Part shown: positions 32,659 to 45,627 of the stretch, piece by piece
Layout of the letters: the number at the start of each line of letters is the position of its first letter
Numbering within the stretch: the stretch's first letter is position 1
Assembly: GCF_964204645.1 (NCBI RefSeq)
Contig: NC_134026.1
Location: 12,485,950 to 12,549,949 of the forward strand
Source: Tubulanus polymorphus
Lineage: Eukaryota; Animalia; Nemertea
DNA: 64,000 nt
Direction: 5' to 3'
The notes under the pieces: model-generated
Seen by the model: the letters and a program-made list of their open reading frames with translations, nothing else
Databases searched by the model: none
Told to the model about the DNA's origin: nothing
Translations under genes and position numbers: made by a program

Positions 32659-33639
32659 TATGTGGGTCATGATTGATGAGAGAAATCTTTCCCTTTGTTT
32701 GCAAATTAGCCATTGTCCTAGTTTTAACTTCTGATTTGTAACCTGTATAGGGGTTTATATTTCTGTTTGTACTCTTTCATAGAAATACGGCAGATATCAA
32801 ATGGAATCTTTGATTAAAGACACTGTAGACCGGTACACACCATCCATCCGACCTAGCATCCGCAATTATCTCATTAATGAGATGATTGCTCGTAGATCCG
32901 ACAGCTACGTTTTACAACTAGAAATATATTAGATCAGATTCCTAATAATAAAATCATTACTATTAAGAAAATGTTATTAATTATGAATAAATTCAAAAAA
33001 ATTGACAAAATATATTGCTTTGAATGGTCTTTAGATATTGGATAGGGCGATTTTGAATTATTTTTGGGGAATTTTATCGAGAAGCTCAAACTCTCTAAGG
33101 CGATAAAGTGTTTAAGGCAGATCTTTCCCGTTTATGATCCCACCATATGAATTGCTCATGAAACTATTATGTATAAACACCTCACAATTAACGTAATGGC
33201 TCAGTGACGTCCTGTTGCACAAGCTATATTACACCGTGATAAAAAGCCTATTATAGTCGAGTTGGATTTCTCGATGTATAAATGCAGGGAGGGTCGGGAG
33301 CTTTATGTTCAATAACATTAGGTTCCAATGTTTGCTCTATGGATTTCAAAATAAAAGAAAAATCTACGTTTAAACGTGATATCTGTTTCATTACTCGTGA
33401 TATATCGGGGAATCTCTGCAATAAAATTGGACGATTTCAAAAATATTACAAAATGAGCAAATTGCGATTCTTAGTGATTTTTGCTAACAGTATGGATTCT
33501 AGCGTATATGCGGATTTGTGTGATATGTAATAAGTATCGTAGCGAATAATCAATGAGAAAAGTATCTACCGTAGCTAGATATGACAATTAAAAATCCTAT
33601 ATCCAGAATATCTCCCTCAAAATACCTTCATCCGTTCAA

Positions 33640-34345
33640 AAAAAGAACCCCTGGTAAAGATTTCCTATGTAGAAATCTAAAAAATCTAAACCCTAGGGTA
33701 AACATACCCTGGGTAAAAATCCCCAAAATATTCATATTTGGTGATTGTCAAGAACATTTCAAAGCACGATGTTTCTCGAATTTGCAATGAGACTGAAATA
33801 TGTTTGAACTTTTAAATGAAATCTTTCGTTGCGATAAATTCTTACGGATAAAATAATTTGTAAGAATTAATAAGAGTAATAAACTTGTATTTGTAATATC
33901 TTAAGATTCGAACTGGAATATTTTTGAACTGCGGACTCTCGTTAACTTGCGGTATATTTCAGCTGTGCGATGCCATGAATTATTAGAAATAACGTACTTT
34001 TGATATTAAATATTTTAGATTCAAGCTAGTGTAATATATTGGAAATGTGCGATGAACCACTTTACTAAGATGTGCAATAACTACATGTATATGTACTAAT
34101 TTAGTATCAATGAAACGTTAATTTGTAGTATGTTTTAATTTAAATAGCATAGTTTCTATGGGCATATTGATATCCTTATATTGTTTGACAGTAAAATATG
34201 AATAAATTGGATATACGTATCAATAATACGAATTAATTGACCTTAAGATAGTATCTACTTATAATCCCTTCAAAGGGAGGGGATTACCTACTTTGAACAA
34301 TTGGGGATTTTTACCGAGGCGATTTTTACCTAGGGGATTTTTACT
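33640..34345. repeat. Degenerate inverted subterminal repeats of a DNA transposon remnant
   Basis: CCCTAGGGTAAA/GGTAAAAATCCCC units at ~33645-33725 and GGGGATTTTTACC units at ~34300-34345. Confidence 0.45.
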
Positions 34346-34596
34346 CGCTTACTTAGATGTTTTGAATTATTGACTTAGTTATTTTATTAAGTTTAATTTC
34401 ATCACTAGTAAGTTTATTCATTGACCACTTGCATGATAGTTCTTGATATATTCTTTATATGCAATGACATGAAATGTAAGTTCATCACATTTCTGAACTC
34501 ATTAATACCTATTTTTATGGTCTTAAGCCCCATGAAAAATATATGATATCATTAAATTGAAAGCTTAATGTTTTATTAACATTGGCAGTAGTTCTC

Positions 34597-34744
34597 ATAA
34601 ATTTTCCTTGGCCTTTTTTCCGCGGCCATCTTTTCCTTGGCCATTTTTTCCTCGGCAAATTTCCTTGGCCATTTTTTCCTTGGCCATTCTTTCCTGGCCA
34701 TTTTTCCTTGGCCATTTTTCCAACATTCTGGGTTTTTTTTACCG
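34597..34744. repeat. Tandem ~15-bp TTTTCCTTGGCCA units, likely one end of a TIR element
   Basis: About eight units ending ...TTTTTTACCG at 34744; no partner end found. Confidence 0.7.
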
Positions 34745-37700
34745 CTAACCCTTAGCAATGCACTGTAATGAACAATTTACTTTGTTTTGCTAAATTAACT
34801 ACTTGTAATCAATTCAATATAGAACTGTGGTCGACCCTAACAAAGAGTCCGGCGTGCTATTCTAAACTTCAGTGGACAAAAATCTCTTTCTAAAAATTAT
34901 AGTGCTAAGATATTCCTAGTCTTCATCCTTCAGCATGGACTCTAGGCCTGGATATATTTCGGATTTATTAAATGGTAGCATGCGTGTGTAGAACGTTTGG
35001 GCGAAGGTATTATCCCCCGGTATCACGCATAAAACAAACAGAAAACATATTTTCATACATAGGTCATCGCATTATAGAAATTGAACTGTTGACAAGTTGT
35101 ATTAAATCTCCTCTATAGATGAAACACTTTTAAGGAAAATGCATTATGTTTGTTGTTTCTTTATAACTACTATTGACTGTGCGCCTCGGGCTCAGTCAAC
35201 TCGCCATCTCCATGATTGAAATATTTGATTAGGCAGTCCTATCAAAAGTGGCGTAAATTCATACAAGCGAATAATTTGTTGTTTCCAAAGGTTTTTGTTA
35301 CCGGCTCGTCTACACGGTAATGGTCGAAATTCCCCAGTAAAAATCACCTAAGAATACCCATTAAAGAGCTTATGATTTGCTGCGGCTGGCATGTTTTCGT
35401 TTGTATTGCAAAATTAAGTCCAAAATAACTGGAATCGTTTTAAAAGGATTTCTGTGAAAATTTTCAATTTTTCCCCACACGTCAACAAGTGCCTTTCGAA
35501 TCAAGATAGATTCCTCATGCGTAAAAACGATTGTAGCAATTTTTTTCAGTTTTATTTATCTATGGTTTGATACGTCAAGATTTCAGTAAAAAGGGCAACA
35601 TCATCGTTTATATTAGCGAAGCTTGGTATACAAGCAAGCTGACAATAACAAGCCACTGAATTTTATCGGGTTAGGCTTTGTATAGCTCATTATCTATAGA
35701 AAGTCAGTGATTAAGTCCTAAGTAAATATTGCTCAATAAAGGAGAGTTCATTAGTCGATGAACAATGTATAAGCGATGACAGGCCTATGAGGCACCCGTA
35801 AATCAAAAATGTATTTCACGGATTTCGCGATGCGATAAATTATTGAAACTTTTAATTTGAAATATCTTTAAAAGACTATTTGAAATTTGAAATATTATTT
35901 TACCAGGGCGATGACTTTTAGTATTAGTTTAGTACTAATGAAGTATTTCAATCTTTGGATAAACGTCGGAAAAATGGCAAGGGGAAAATTGCCGCTAGAT
36001 AAATATTAGAATTTGCAAGTTTTGTAATAACTTTGAATTGTTTAATTTCACTGGACATTGGTGTATGCTGAATATCATGAATCACGAAACATATATCTCA
36101 TACAAACGTTGATTGTCTTTTTCATCTTCCTTCATTTCAATAACAATCAATCGATTTTTAAGTCAATTTAATTACCAGGATAGCGACTAAATGTGTTTGT
36201 GCTTTTAATCAATTAGTTTCCGAATCCGTGGTATGTCAATCAAAAAATAATTTTTTAAGTCGAGAAAAAGTAAGATGCATTCTATCAACTAATTTCATTG
36301 TAAAGACTATAATGCTTCGTATATGAATCAATACTAAAGCATTCATACCGCAGGCCACTTAATATTAAGGTCGATTGTGAGAGGTGTTTAAACATAATGG
36401 TCACATGAGTAATTAAATGGTTGTGTCATAAAGGGAGAATTCTGCCTAACACATATCATCCCGATATCCCGGAGTTCTGGGCTTAGAAACGCGTGTTTAG
36501 AATGAATTTTATCCGATATTTTTGTAATATAATGTTTTCTCTCTGAAAATTCCTGACGTTTTCTGGGTGCTAACGTTCAGTGGCTAGTACGCTGGATTGT
36601 ATTTTCCCTTATTTCATAGATCTACATGCGTATAAACTTGAACTGAACTGAATGGGAACTGAGTTCGGTTAGGAGTAAAAACCTCCTTATTTCTGAATTG
36701 TATATAAAGGAGTGAAGAAAGAAACAAACCCTCATACCGAATACACTTTTACGTATAAATGAGAATAATGCACACTTGGACAATGGCTAATTCGCGACGT
36801 TAAAGAAGAAATACGACTCGAATATTTTTATCATACGTGACGCGCGAATCTCCTATTAACGCTAGTAATGAGAGAAGAATCCACACGAATGAAATGTATC
36901 AGCTTCATAATGATCTTTAATCCTTGAATGACCATTCTTAGTTAACACAAAACACTTAATATAAATGAATTGTATCGATTACTATAGAATTTCCATTTTA
37001 AGAATGCATTTATCAAATTACGTCCATTGACTCTGAAAATGAACCTTAAAACCCGTAAATTAGCTAAACTCGTGCCAAATTAAGCTATTTGGATTTATCG
37101 CAACTGTCTCGTGAAAATTTGTAAGCAGTCCTTATATATTCCCTGTATAATCAAAACTTAATTTCTATGTTATGCACGCGTTTTAATTACGATTTCCCCT
37201 CAACATGTTTATCGTGAAGCGCCTGATTACAATCTGATTACAATTGATTGTCAACAAAGTTACAGCAATTCACTGTTAGATAAAGAAAATACTAAATCTA
37301 TTTTGTTTTCTAAAATGGTATGTATGTCTCATACCGTCTCATTACCTCGAACACTGTGTATCGTATCACTCGAAATTCATAGATCTACCTGGCTTTATTG
37401 GGTACTGTTTAAAAAATGAAACACAAATTAAACCCAAAACAATAAATACCTATCTTTCTAAAAATTCAGGTTATAGCGTTTAGTAGTGGGAGGAATATTC
37501 CTCCCTAAATCAATATACTTTGAATCTAAGACTAGGGTTCATTTTCCTTCAGTTGACATATGACAATATTTCGAATATCAGACCAGGTCCATTTTCCATC
37601 GTTTGACATAGGGAGGAACATTCCTCCCGAAGTCAATACTTTGAATATCAGACCTGAAGGTCAAATTCTCTTCGTTTGACCTTGGGAGGAATATTCCTCC

Positions 37701-38761
37701 CAAAGTCAATTGTTTGAATATCGGGCCCCTTGGTCAAGTTTCCATCGATTGACTTTGGGTGGAATATTCCTCCCAAGGTCAATTTTCACAATAGCGGTCC
37801 TCTTAATTGGTGACACTCAAAGAACGCGCGGCTCAGATTTCTATTGTGCGCCTATCGCGCGCTGCGCGTGAATCACTTACGTAATCTTTTCTGTAAATGT
37901 GAAGACCTCGGGGCATTATGTTCTCTAAAGCCCGACATTATCCCACATTCCTGACTTTAATTGGTTGATTTTTCGGCACAGTCGACAAGTTTCAACAATT
38001 TTCAACTGTTCATTTATGAATAGTTGAGGACTTATGAACTAAAAATTAGTTAAATTTTCGATACATTTTGAGAAAGTCACAAAACATTTGAGACTGCGTT
38101 ATGTATGCAAAAAATTTGACATTTCAACTCCCTTCCCCCTGTATGCAAAAGCGGCCATTTTTTCATGTACGTTGAGCATTACAGTACGCAATTGAACTTA
38201 CCCCTCCCCTAATGCGTACGTAATAAATGAATGATCCCACAAGACAGCCAGAATTGTTGTACAGTTATTTTTCTATTAATTCTCTGACTGATTACTATGT
38301 AAAAGTCTAATTTTTTAAGCTGAAAACTTGTGTAAGATGGTAGAAATATTTATTCTCAAGCGCTTAAAAAAAGACAATGATGTTTCTAAGTTGGCTTTGT
38401 TTTTTGTTCATTTAAAAGGAAACAATCATTAAAGACTTCTTTAAATCTGGACTATAGATTATTACAACATCCACGGGGATAGATACACATTTAATTTGTA
38501 TGTTCAATAGAAACTGGATTATTGTTGCAAAAGAAACTATTATCAAGGCAATGTAATTTTAAAGATTATGGAGGGAAAAATCCAAAAAAGGTTGGACTTT
38601 TGGTGGGAAATATTCCAAAAATGCTTGACTCTAACCATGGACGTATAAACAACTCTAGCTTATACGTCCATGCTATAACTCAAGTTGGCAAAATTGCACT
38701 GATCCGACCCAAAGTGTTCGACATAGGCATGATCTAATGTAATAGCACACAATCAGCGGTG

Positions 38762-38945
38762 TGAGATGAAAAATCATTGTAATGGTTGGATATTTACAGT
38801 GAGTAGAATAAGTTCAATTAAATTAATGGAAGAAAGCCTTTATGGGTTATTTGAGATGAAAAATCATTGTAATGGTTGGATATTTACAGTGAGTAGAATA
38901 AGTTCAATTAAATCAATGGAAGAAAAGTCTTTATGGGTTATTTGA
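38762..38945. repeat. ~90-bp tandem duplication
   Basis: TGAGATGAAAAATCATTGTAATGG...TTTATGGGTTATT occurs twice. Confidence 0.9.
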
Positions 38946-38998
38946 GGAAGGGTGTACATTTTTATTCAAGAATCAATAGAGGAAGAATACATTCTACA

Positions 38999-41900
38999 TT
39001 AACGATCATATTCTGCAAGAACCATTTGATTAGCAGTAAACCTTGCAGGGGCTAAAGATTCCAGAGCCAGTCCATTGAAGGTGGTCAATCGACTAAGAGC
39101 GAGATATGCTTGACCTGGTTGGAAAATTTCTTTACCTAAAGACAGAACAGCATTACTGAGAGATAACCCCTGTACTTTATGTATTGTACTAGCCCAACAA
39201 GGGGTCAATGGAAATTGAGTGCGAATAATAGATCTACCACAGGAAATGAATTCTTGGTGATAAAATTCAATAGGTATAGCATTGTGTAAGTCTTTTCTTT
39301 GCAAAATTAGACCCACAGAGGGATCATCAAATTTAACGTGGATCTGTGCAATCGTAGATTGATGAGAAGTTTCTGAAGGAGAATCATATTGAAATCCCAC
39401 AACAGTTCCAATGGCATAATTAACTTATCCATAAGGAGTATTTATATTTCGCAGTAGCATGACACAAGTATCTATAGAAATTTGAAGTTGTTTTGGTAGC
39501 CCCCCAGCAAGTCTGTCATCCTTAGGTATGAGACTATGTGGTACCATCATGTGAGGTTGAGAGTCATATTCAGAAAATTCATGTTTGGCTTTAATAACAT
39601 GAGTTTGAGCTGTAAGTTGCATCTGTTGGTGCATATTAAAAGCAGCAACTTGTGAATTCAGGGGATATAAGTGTAAGCTTGAATAATAAGGTGCATGAAT
39701 GTATCGATGAGACGAGTTTTTAAGTAAAGCAAAATCTTCTTCAGTTGTGCGACCAACACGTACTCGATTGAGTAAAGAAGCATAAGTTAGATCCTGTAGC
39801 TGGCGAACATTTTGGGTAAGAAACGGTTGAAATAGAGGCCATAGTATTAAGTCGGTAAAGGCAAATTTTCCACGCACAGGGCGAAGTTGGAAGAAGTCTC
39901 CTATGAGTATAACATTAATACCTCCAAATAAGTCATTATCATTTTTAACAGCACATAAACGACGATGAACATAGGAAAGTGTTTTAGCGCTTACCATACT
40001 AACTTCATCTATTATTAATGTGTGGACATATCGATATCGAGAGTGGAGCATGCTTTGAATTCGAGGTGTAAGTTCTTCGAGTTGTAAGTGTATTGAGGTT
40101 CAAAACCATGCTGAACTGGTAAATGAAAAGCAGAATGTAAAGTTACCCCATTGATATTTCTAGCAGCTAAGCCAGTAGGAGCAGTAATTAATATGGGATC
40201 TTCTCCAGGATGCATAGGCTTTTCTAATCGTAGCCATTCTGCAATGCATTTAGTGAGATAAGTTTTTCCCACACCAGCTCCACCAGTTATGAATATCCGT
40301 AGAGGAGAGCTACTCATAGTAGAATTTGTTTGTGTGCGGTAATGCTGGAAAACTGCTTGCACCACATACATTTGATCAGGAGTTAAAGAATTGAGACATG
40401 TTTCAAGGTTAAAATCAGTAGCCATAGGCATTTTCAAGGTATGCCACTGTATATCATCATTGTTAGGAAGGGATAAACTTGAATTGTGATTGCTAATGTT
40501 AGTATGAGTGTAGTTTGAGGGTAATAGATTAGTTTTATTATGTAGAATATCAAGAGTTGGGGCGGAAAGTATTGCAATTTCGTATGCATTGAGATTGATA
40601 TGTCTAATTGCATGCTGAATATCTTCAGCAAAATGTTCATAACTTAGTAATGTTGTGTCCAATTGATTGCTATAATGAATAAATGCATCTTGAGCATTTT
40701 CAAAACCTTTGAAAAGAGATATTTCATCTCGGTGAGGCATGTGTAGCATAGTGAGGCTGTAGTAGTAGTCATTTTGAAATCTTAAACAGTGAGGTGTTCT
40801 AATGACAGCTTGGAAACTTCTTTTTCGGATAACTTTCTTACAGTAGACTTTTAAGAGATGATATCTTGGTAGCCGCCTTTTAAAAAGTTCAGATATTTTG
40901 AGAGGACAAAGCACAAACCAGCTAGAAAATGATAAGAGAATAGGATTCTAGTTCAGTGGGACGAGCGTGGTAATACTCAACCATACCGGGGATGAAAGGG
41001 CAGGTTTCAATAATTGATGTTCGAGAAGATGTAGGTTTTCCAACGTTTATGCGGAGGTAAAGTATTGATGTATACAGTTGCACGTGATGAATCAATGAGT
41101 TGTAATTGACCTATGCGATAAGCAGCCTCTTGTGCACTAAGGCGTCTGGATTTGAGTACACAGAAACCAATTTTCAATTGACGCTGTCGGGTTGTTATGT
41201 CAGGGGTGTTAGCTAGCTCTTGAATAACATTGGAGAGTGCTGTTTTCAATGCCTGGGGTTCTGATTTGCACAAGTAAGCACAAACATAGTACGCAGCTGT
41301 AAGGGCATTATTGCCTTTTATCTGGATGTCCAAGTTAGCTTGCCATAAACGCAAAATGGCAAAAGTATATGCATTTACGAATTCATCCCCTTCATTTCTA
41401 GCAGGTTCATAAAACTGACATTTATTACAAGAATTGAGGTCAACATGTGAAATGAGTTTTGTTTGAAGACACAATCGTTTTGGGAATCCATACCTGCATT
41501 GTTTACCTCGTTTATTGCACTTATGTGAATGAGAATGTTTTTTGCACTTATGTGAATGAGAATGTTTTTGTAATGATGTTACTAAATTCTGAAGTTTAGG
41601 ATCAGAGTCAGCAGGTATTTGAGTTGATATGATAGAATTGACGAAAGAGACGATGTCGTCATAAGAATAAGTTTGAAAATTAGGTGGATTCTTTAACCAG
41701 AAGAATATATGTAGATGACTAGATCCCCGCATTTGAAATTCAGTGCGAGCAAAATAATCAGCTATGTCTCCCAGAGGTTTCAATGGTTCTTTCAAAATGT
41801 GGTTGAGTAAAGCTTTCCAACGGCGTTCAAAGTGTAAAGCTGTTATGAGAGTGTTTTGCCGAACCAGATTTGGCTGAGAGAGATCTTTTATGTGGGAAAT

Positions 41901-43155
41901 ATTATTTTCCATGTTATTAAGGTTAGCTATAAGGAAATCATATAGCTCAGGCCAATGGTGATCATTAGCAGACAAGGTTACAAACAATGTTGGTGGGCCT
42001 AGGCATTTCATCATTGCTAGTAGATTGTATAGCGAACTTCTGAAATAGGCTGCAGTTCCTCGAATAGTTTTTGTGAACATGTATGTATTACTTATCTCAG
42101 CGCTTGAAAGAATGATTAGCATTATTATGATCAGTAGGTTGTTTAGGCTTCATCCGCGCATAAACACTAACTGTGTTAAAAAGAAGAGATTTTTCATAAG
42201 TATTGACCGCATTGAAAATGTAGGAAATGTCCTGACGCCAACGAGGGTCAATATTGTATAGTCGCTGGTGGTAGTACTTCAATATACTAAGAGGTTGACT
42301 ACGTACTGTGGATATACCATTTTTACATCTGGGAATAGCCATGGGAAAGCCATTTCTTCTCCAAAGGGGATAGTTTCAATATCCGTGGGTTTTGATAGAC
42401 GTGGCAGTTGTATGGCAGTTAAATTTGTGGGATAGTGCAATTGGTAGATATAGAACTATAATGGAGAAATTCATCAATGTTTACAGCCGTAGGGGGCCGT
42501 TGTTGTAGTAGGAAAACATGGAGTCAAATCATACGCAGCTGTTCGGTAGACATCAAGGAGGTAACGTTTTAGTTCAGCAAGAGATTTGAAAGTTAAAATG
42601 ACAGCATTTCCAGTTGGATCAAAATGCCCTGATTGATTGCGGCAGTGGGAGTCTAGAGTGCAGTATGGGCCATCATTATTGTAAATGAGTAGAATTGTCA
42701 CACCTGATGCAGTGAATAAATTGAAATGGGATAATGAAAAAGCTGCAGGTAGTGAAGATGACAAAGAAGAAGACAATGCTTCATTATCATCCTGCTGTCC
42801 AACAGTACCATAAAACGAATCAAAAGAATAAGATATCTGAATGTCACAATCATTGTTTGATAGTTGAGCAGAAGATCCATTGATGGATAATGTTACCATA
42901 GTTGGTTAGTCAATATGAGCCAGGTAGTCAAATCTGGGACTTTCAAGGCCCACATATTGCAGAATATCGCCATAAAAATATGTTCCATTTCTTGTAATAG
43001 TGTTCAAATGATCAGATGTCCAACTATTCAAATCATGAGGGTACTGTGCGTTAAATAATGTAAACAATATTCCGAGTAGGCAGATGGCAGTACATTGACG
43101 TCCACGTAAACTTATTGGAAAGCTACTGTCACCTTGGTTAATACTTCCATGTTCC
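38999..43155 (-). pseudogene. Helentron/Helitron2-type RepHel: tegument-like deubiquitinase + HUH Rep + PIF1 helicase, frameshifted
   Basis: GSINQGD..GRQC and LDSHCRN..G (DUB); GPPTLFVTLSANDHHW, EFQMRGSSHLH, YVCAYLCK (Rep); TGGAGVGKT, IIDEVSM, GDFFQLRPV, TIHKVQGLSL, GQAYLALSR (PIF1). Confidence 0.92.
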
Positions 43156-43542
43156 AGTCACCGATTTAAAACCAAAGGCTTGATTTCGCTTACGGTTTAA
43201 CATTTTGTTATAAGATCGAAATTGAATAGTGAGGCCTAATCGTGTAAAAATACCTTTCTTTCTCAGATCGTGTCGATAGAGTACGAGTTCTAATCTTCGC
43301 GAACGATCTCCCACGCGCGCACGAGGTCTTCAGAACGAAACTAACTTCCGCTTCCGGGTGGATCCAGAGTTGATTAGGCCAACGGACCTGGTGTTTTGTT
43401 GCCTGGACCGCATTCCGCTCAAGCGAATACGACGACGAAAAGTTCTATCAAAATGATATATTATTTCTTTTCTTTTCTACTTTGAAATTAGAATTACTTC
43501 TTCGAAATTAGAATTACTTCTAGTATTTAGAAGTCAGAATTG

Positions 43543-44332
43543 CTAGAAAAAGGATTATTTGATTTAACTGATGATGAATTAGAAACATTTCCTGAACAAG
43601 CACGTTGAGAAATTAAAGGTATGCAAGAATCAGCTGGTGAAATTGCTAATATTAAGATGAGATTTTCTAAAATAACCATGTTAGAAAAAGAATTAACTAA
43701 TGCATATGAAGGATTAAAACAATAAGAATTAGATAAAAATCTTCAAGTAATAGAGGAAGCTGATTATGAAAGCAGAAAGTTAGCTTTAGAACAAAAAAAT
43801 AGATGATTTAAAACATAACAAAGAATTTCAGGAAAAAGAAAGAGATATATTATTAAAATCATTTGACCTTAATCATATTAAAAAATTAAAAGTTATTTTT
43901 AAAGATTTGTTGATTAAACCAAATTCTGAAATATCACTAACAGATAGAATAAAATTATTATTTAAATTAGAAGGAATAACAATTCTTTCAATTCTAACAG
44001 CTGTAACTATGGTATTTACAACAATAGGTTTAGCAATATCAAATTCATTAAAATCTACTCCTACTCCCAATAAACCGGATAAACCACCGACTGATAATAA
44101 TTCTATACAGGATAAAGTTAAGGATGGTTTAAGAAAATTAGCAAAATATTTATGAGAACTATCTAAAAAATCTGCTGCAGCATTACCCGGAGTTATTGCA
44201 TCAATTGTTGGTTTTATATTGAAATCTGCAGGAAGTATTATTAACTTTGCTGCTGAACATATAATTTTATTTTTAAATACAGTTGTAAGTGCTATAATTT
44301 TTGGGTTAGTGAATATGATAAAAAATAAATGA
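43543..44332 (+). pseudogene. 3' part of coiled-coil/TM gene
   Basis: Matches ~8776-9567, with stops and frameshifts. Confidence 0.85.
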
Positions 44333-44352
44333 TTAGTTTTTTTGTTAAATAA

Positions 44353-45595
44353 ATGAATGGGAGTTATATAAATCCTTATAAGAATCATATAATATTTAAT
44401 GCTATTAAAGTAGAAAGATCACATCATATAATTACTCATAATCCTTCTAATATTAATCCTGATGAAACTTTATATGTTAGAATCCCTAGATCAACACAAA
44501 ATACTTTTTATGTTCCAAATAGTATTTATTTATCAGCTGATATAAAAGTAACCGGTAGTAATAATAATTATGTTGTCGATAATAATGGAAGATATTTGAT
44601 TAAAACATTAACTATAAAGATTGATCTAGAAACAGTTTTCTCATTAGATGATTATAATTTATTTATGCATTATAAAGATTTATGGTTAACAAAAGAAAAT
44701 AGAAATAATATAATATTTCAAGGCATCCAATCAGAAAACTAAAATAAATTAAGATCAGAAGCTAATAATGCAGTAGTAACTAATGCTACAGATAATATGA
44801 TCAAAAAGATTTATGGAAGCAAATATAAAATTCCATTAGATTTTGAATTGATAAATAATAATGCACCTTTGTATAAATACGCAATTCAAGAAGATGTTAT
44901 ATTCGAAATAACATTTGCTCCTGTTAATGAAATTTTATTATCTAGCGATGTTAAAGATATGGGTTATAAATTATCGAATATATGTTTAGAATATGATACA
45001 GTAACTGATGAAAATATTGCTAACACAATTCAAACTCAATACAAGGATTTTCATTATCATATGATTATATTGATAAATTTAAAACTGTAATTATTAATGC
45101 AAATGATGAAATAATTAATGAGAATATTAACTTCCCAAGAAGATCTATTAAAGGTATATTAATATTTTTTACTATTGCAACATATACTAATGGCTCAATA
45201 CAGGTTGATAAGTATTGTAATCCTGAAATAACAAAAGTAGAAATAACTATCGAAGGAATAGCAAATAAGATATCTTGCCAAGGAATGAGAATGATAGATC
45301 AGTGGCCAGAAATTAGAAAACATTTTATGAATGAAAAAGTAAAATCATCTGAAAATTGTAATATTAATCAAATTGATTATTATACCGGTAATAAATATGC
45401 ATTATGGTTAGATTTTAGAACAACAGAGGATAATTTATTACATGGTTCTGGAAAAAAAACTACAGAACACTAAAGATGGGATACAATTATTCATGACAAA
45501 AAAAAGGAAGCTTAAATTTCAAAATGCACATTTATATTATATCTGACGCACAATTAAATATTGTAAATAATCAATTAAATAGTGTTATGTATTAG
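44353..45595 (+). pseudogene. Major capsid protein, disrupted
   Basis: Fragments 44353..44742, 44797..45090 and 45285..45473 match 9608..10855. Confidence 0.85.
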
Positions 45596-45627
45596 AATTT
45601 TACTTTTAATCAAAAAATTTATAATAA

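Larger units (their letters stand above)
31138..38099. mobile_element. Non-coding ~7-kb TIR element with 6-bp TSD
   Basis: ACGCAGTCTCAAATGTTTTGTG...CACAAAACATTTGAGACTGCGT; long TIRs (31138-~31585 and ~37488-38099); TATGTA on both flanks. Confidence 0.88.
31116..38238. mobile_element. Small MITE (~155 bp) split within its left TIR by a 7-kb insertion
   Basis: GGGATCATTCATTTATTATGTA|TGCA on the left and TGCGTACGTAATAAATGAATGATCCC ending at 38238. Confidence 0.75.

Noticed and set aside
32221-34758. ORFs 32221..32713 and 34515..34758
   Set aside because: Translations of MITE and tandem-repeat DNA; the periodic peptides mirror the nucleotide repeats.
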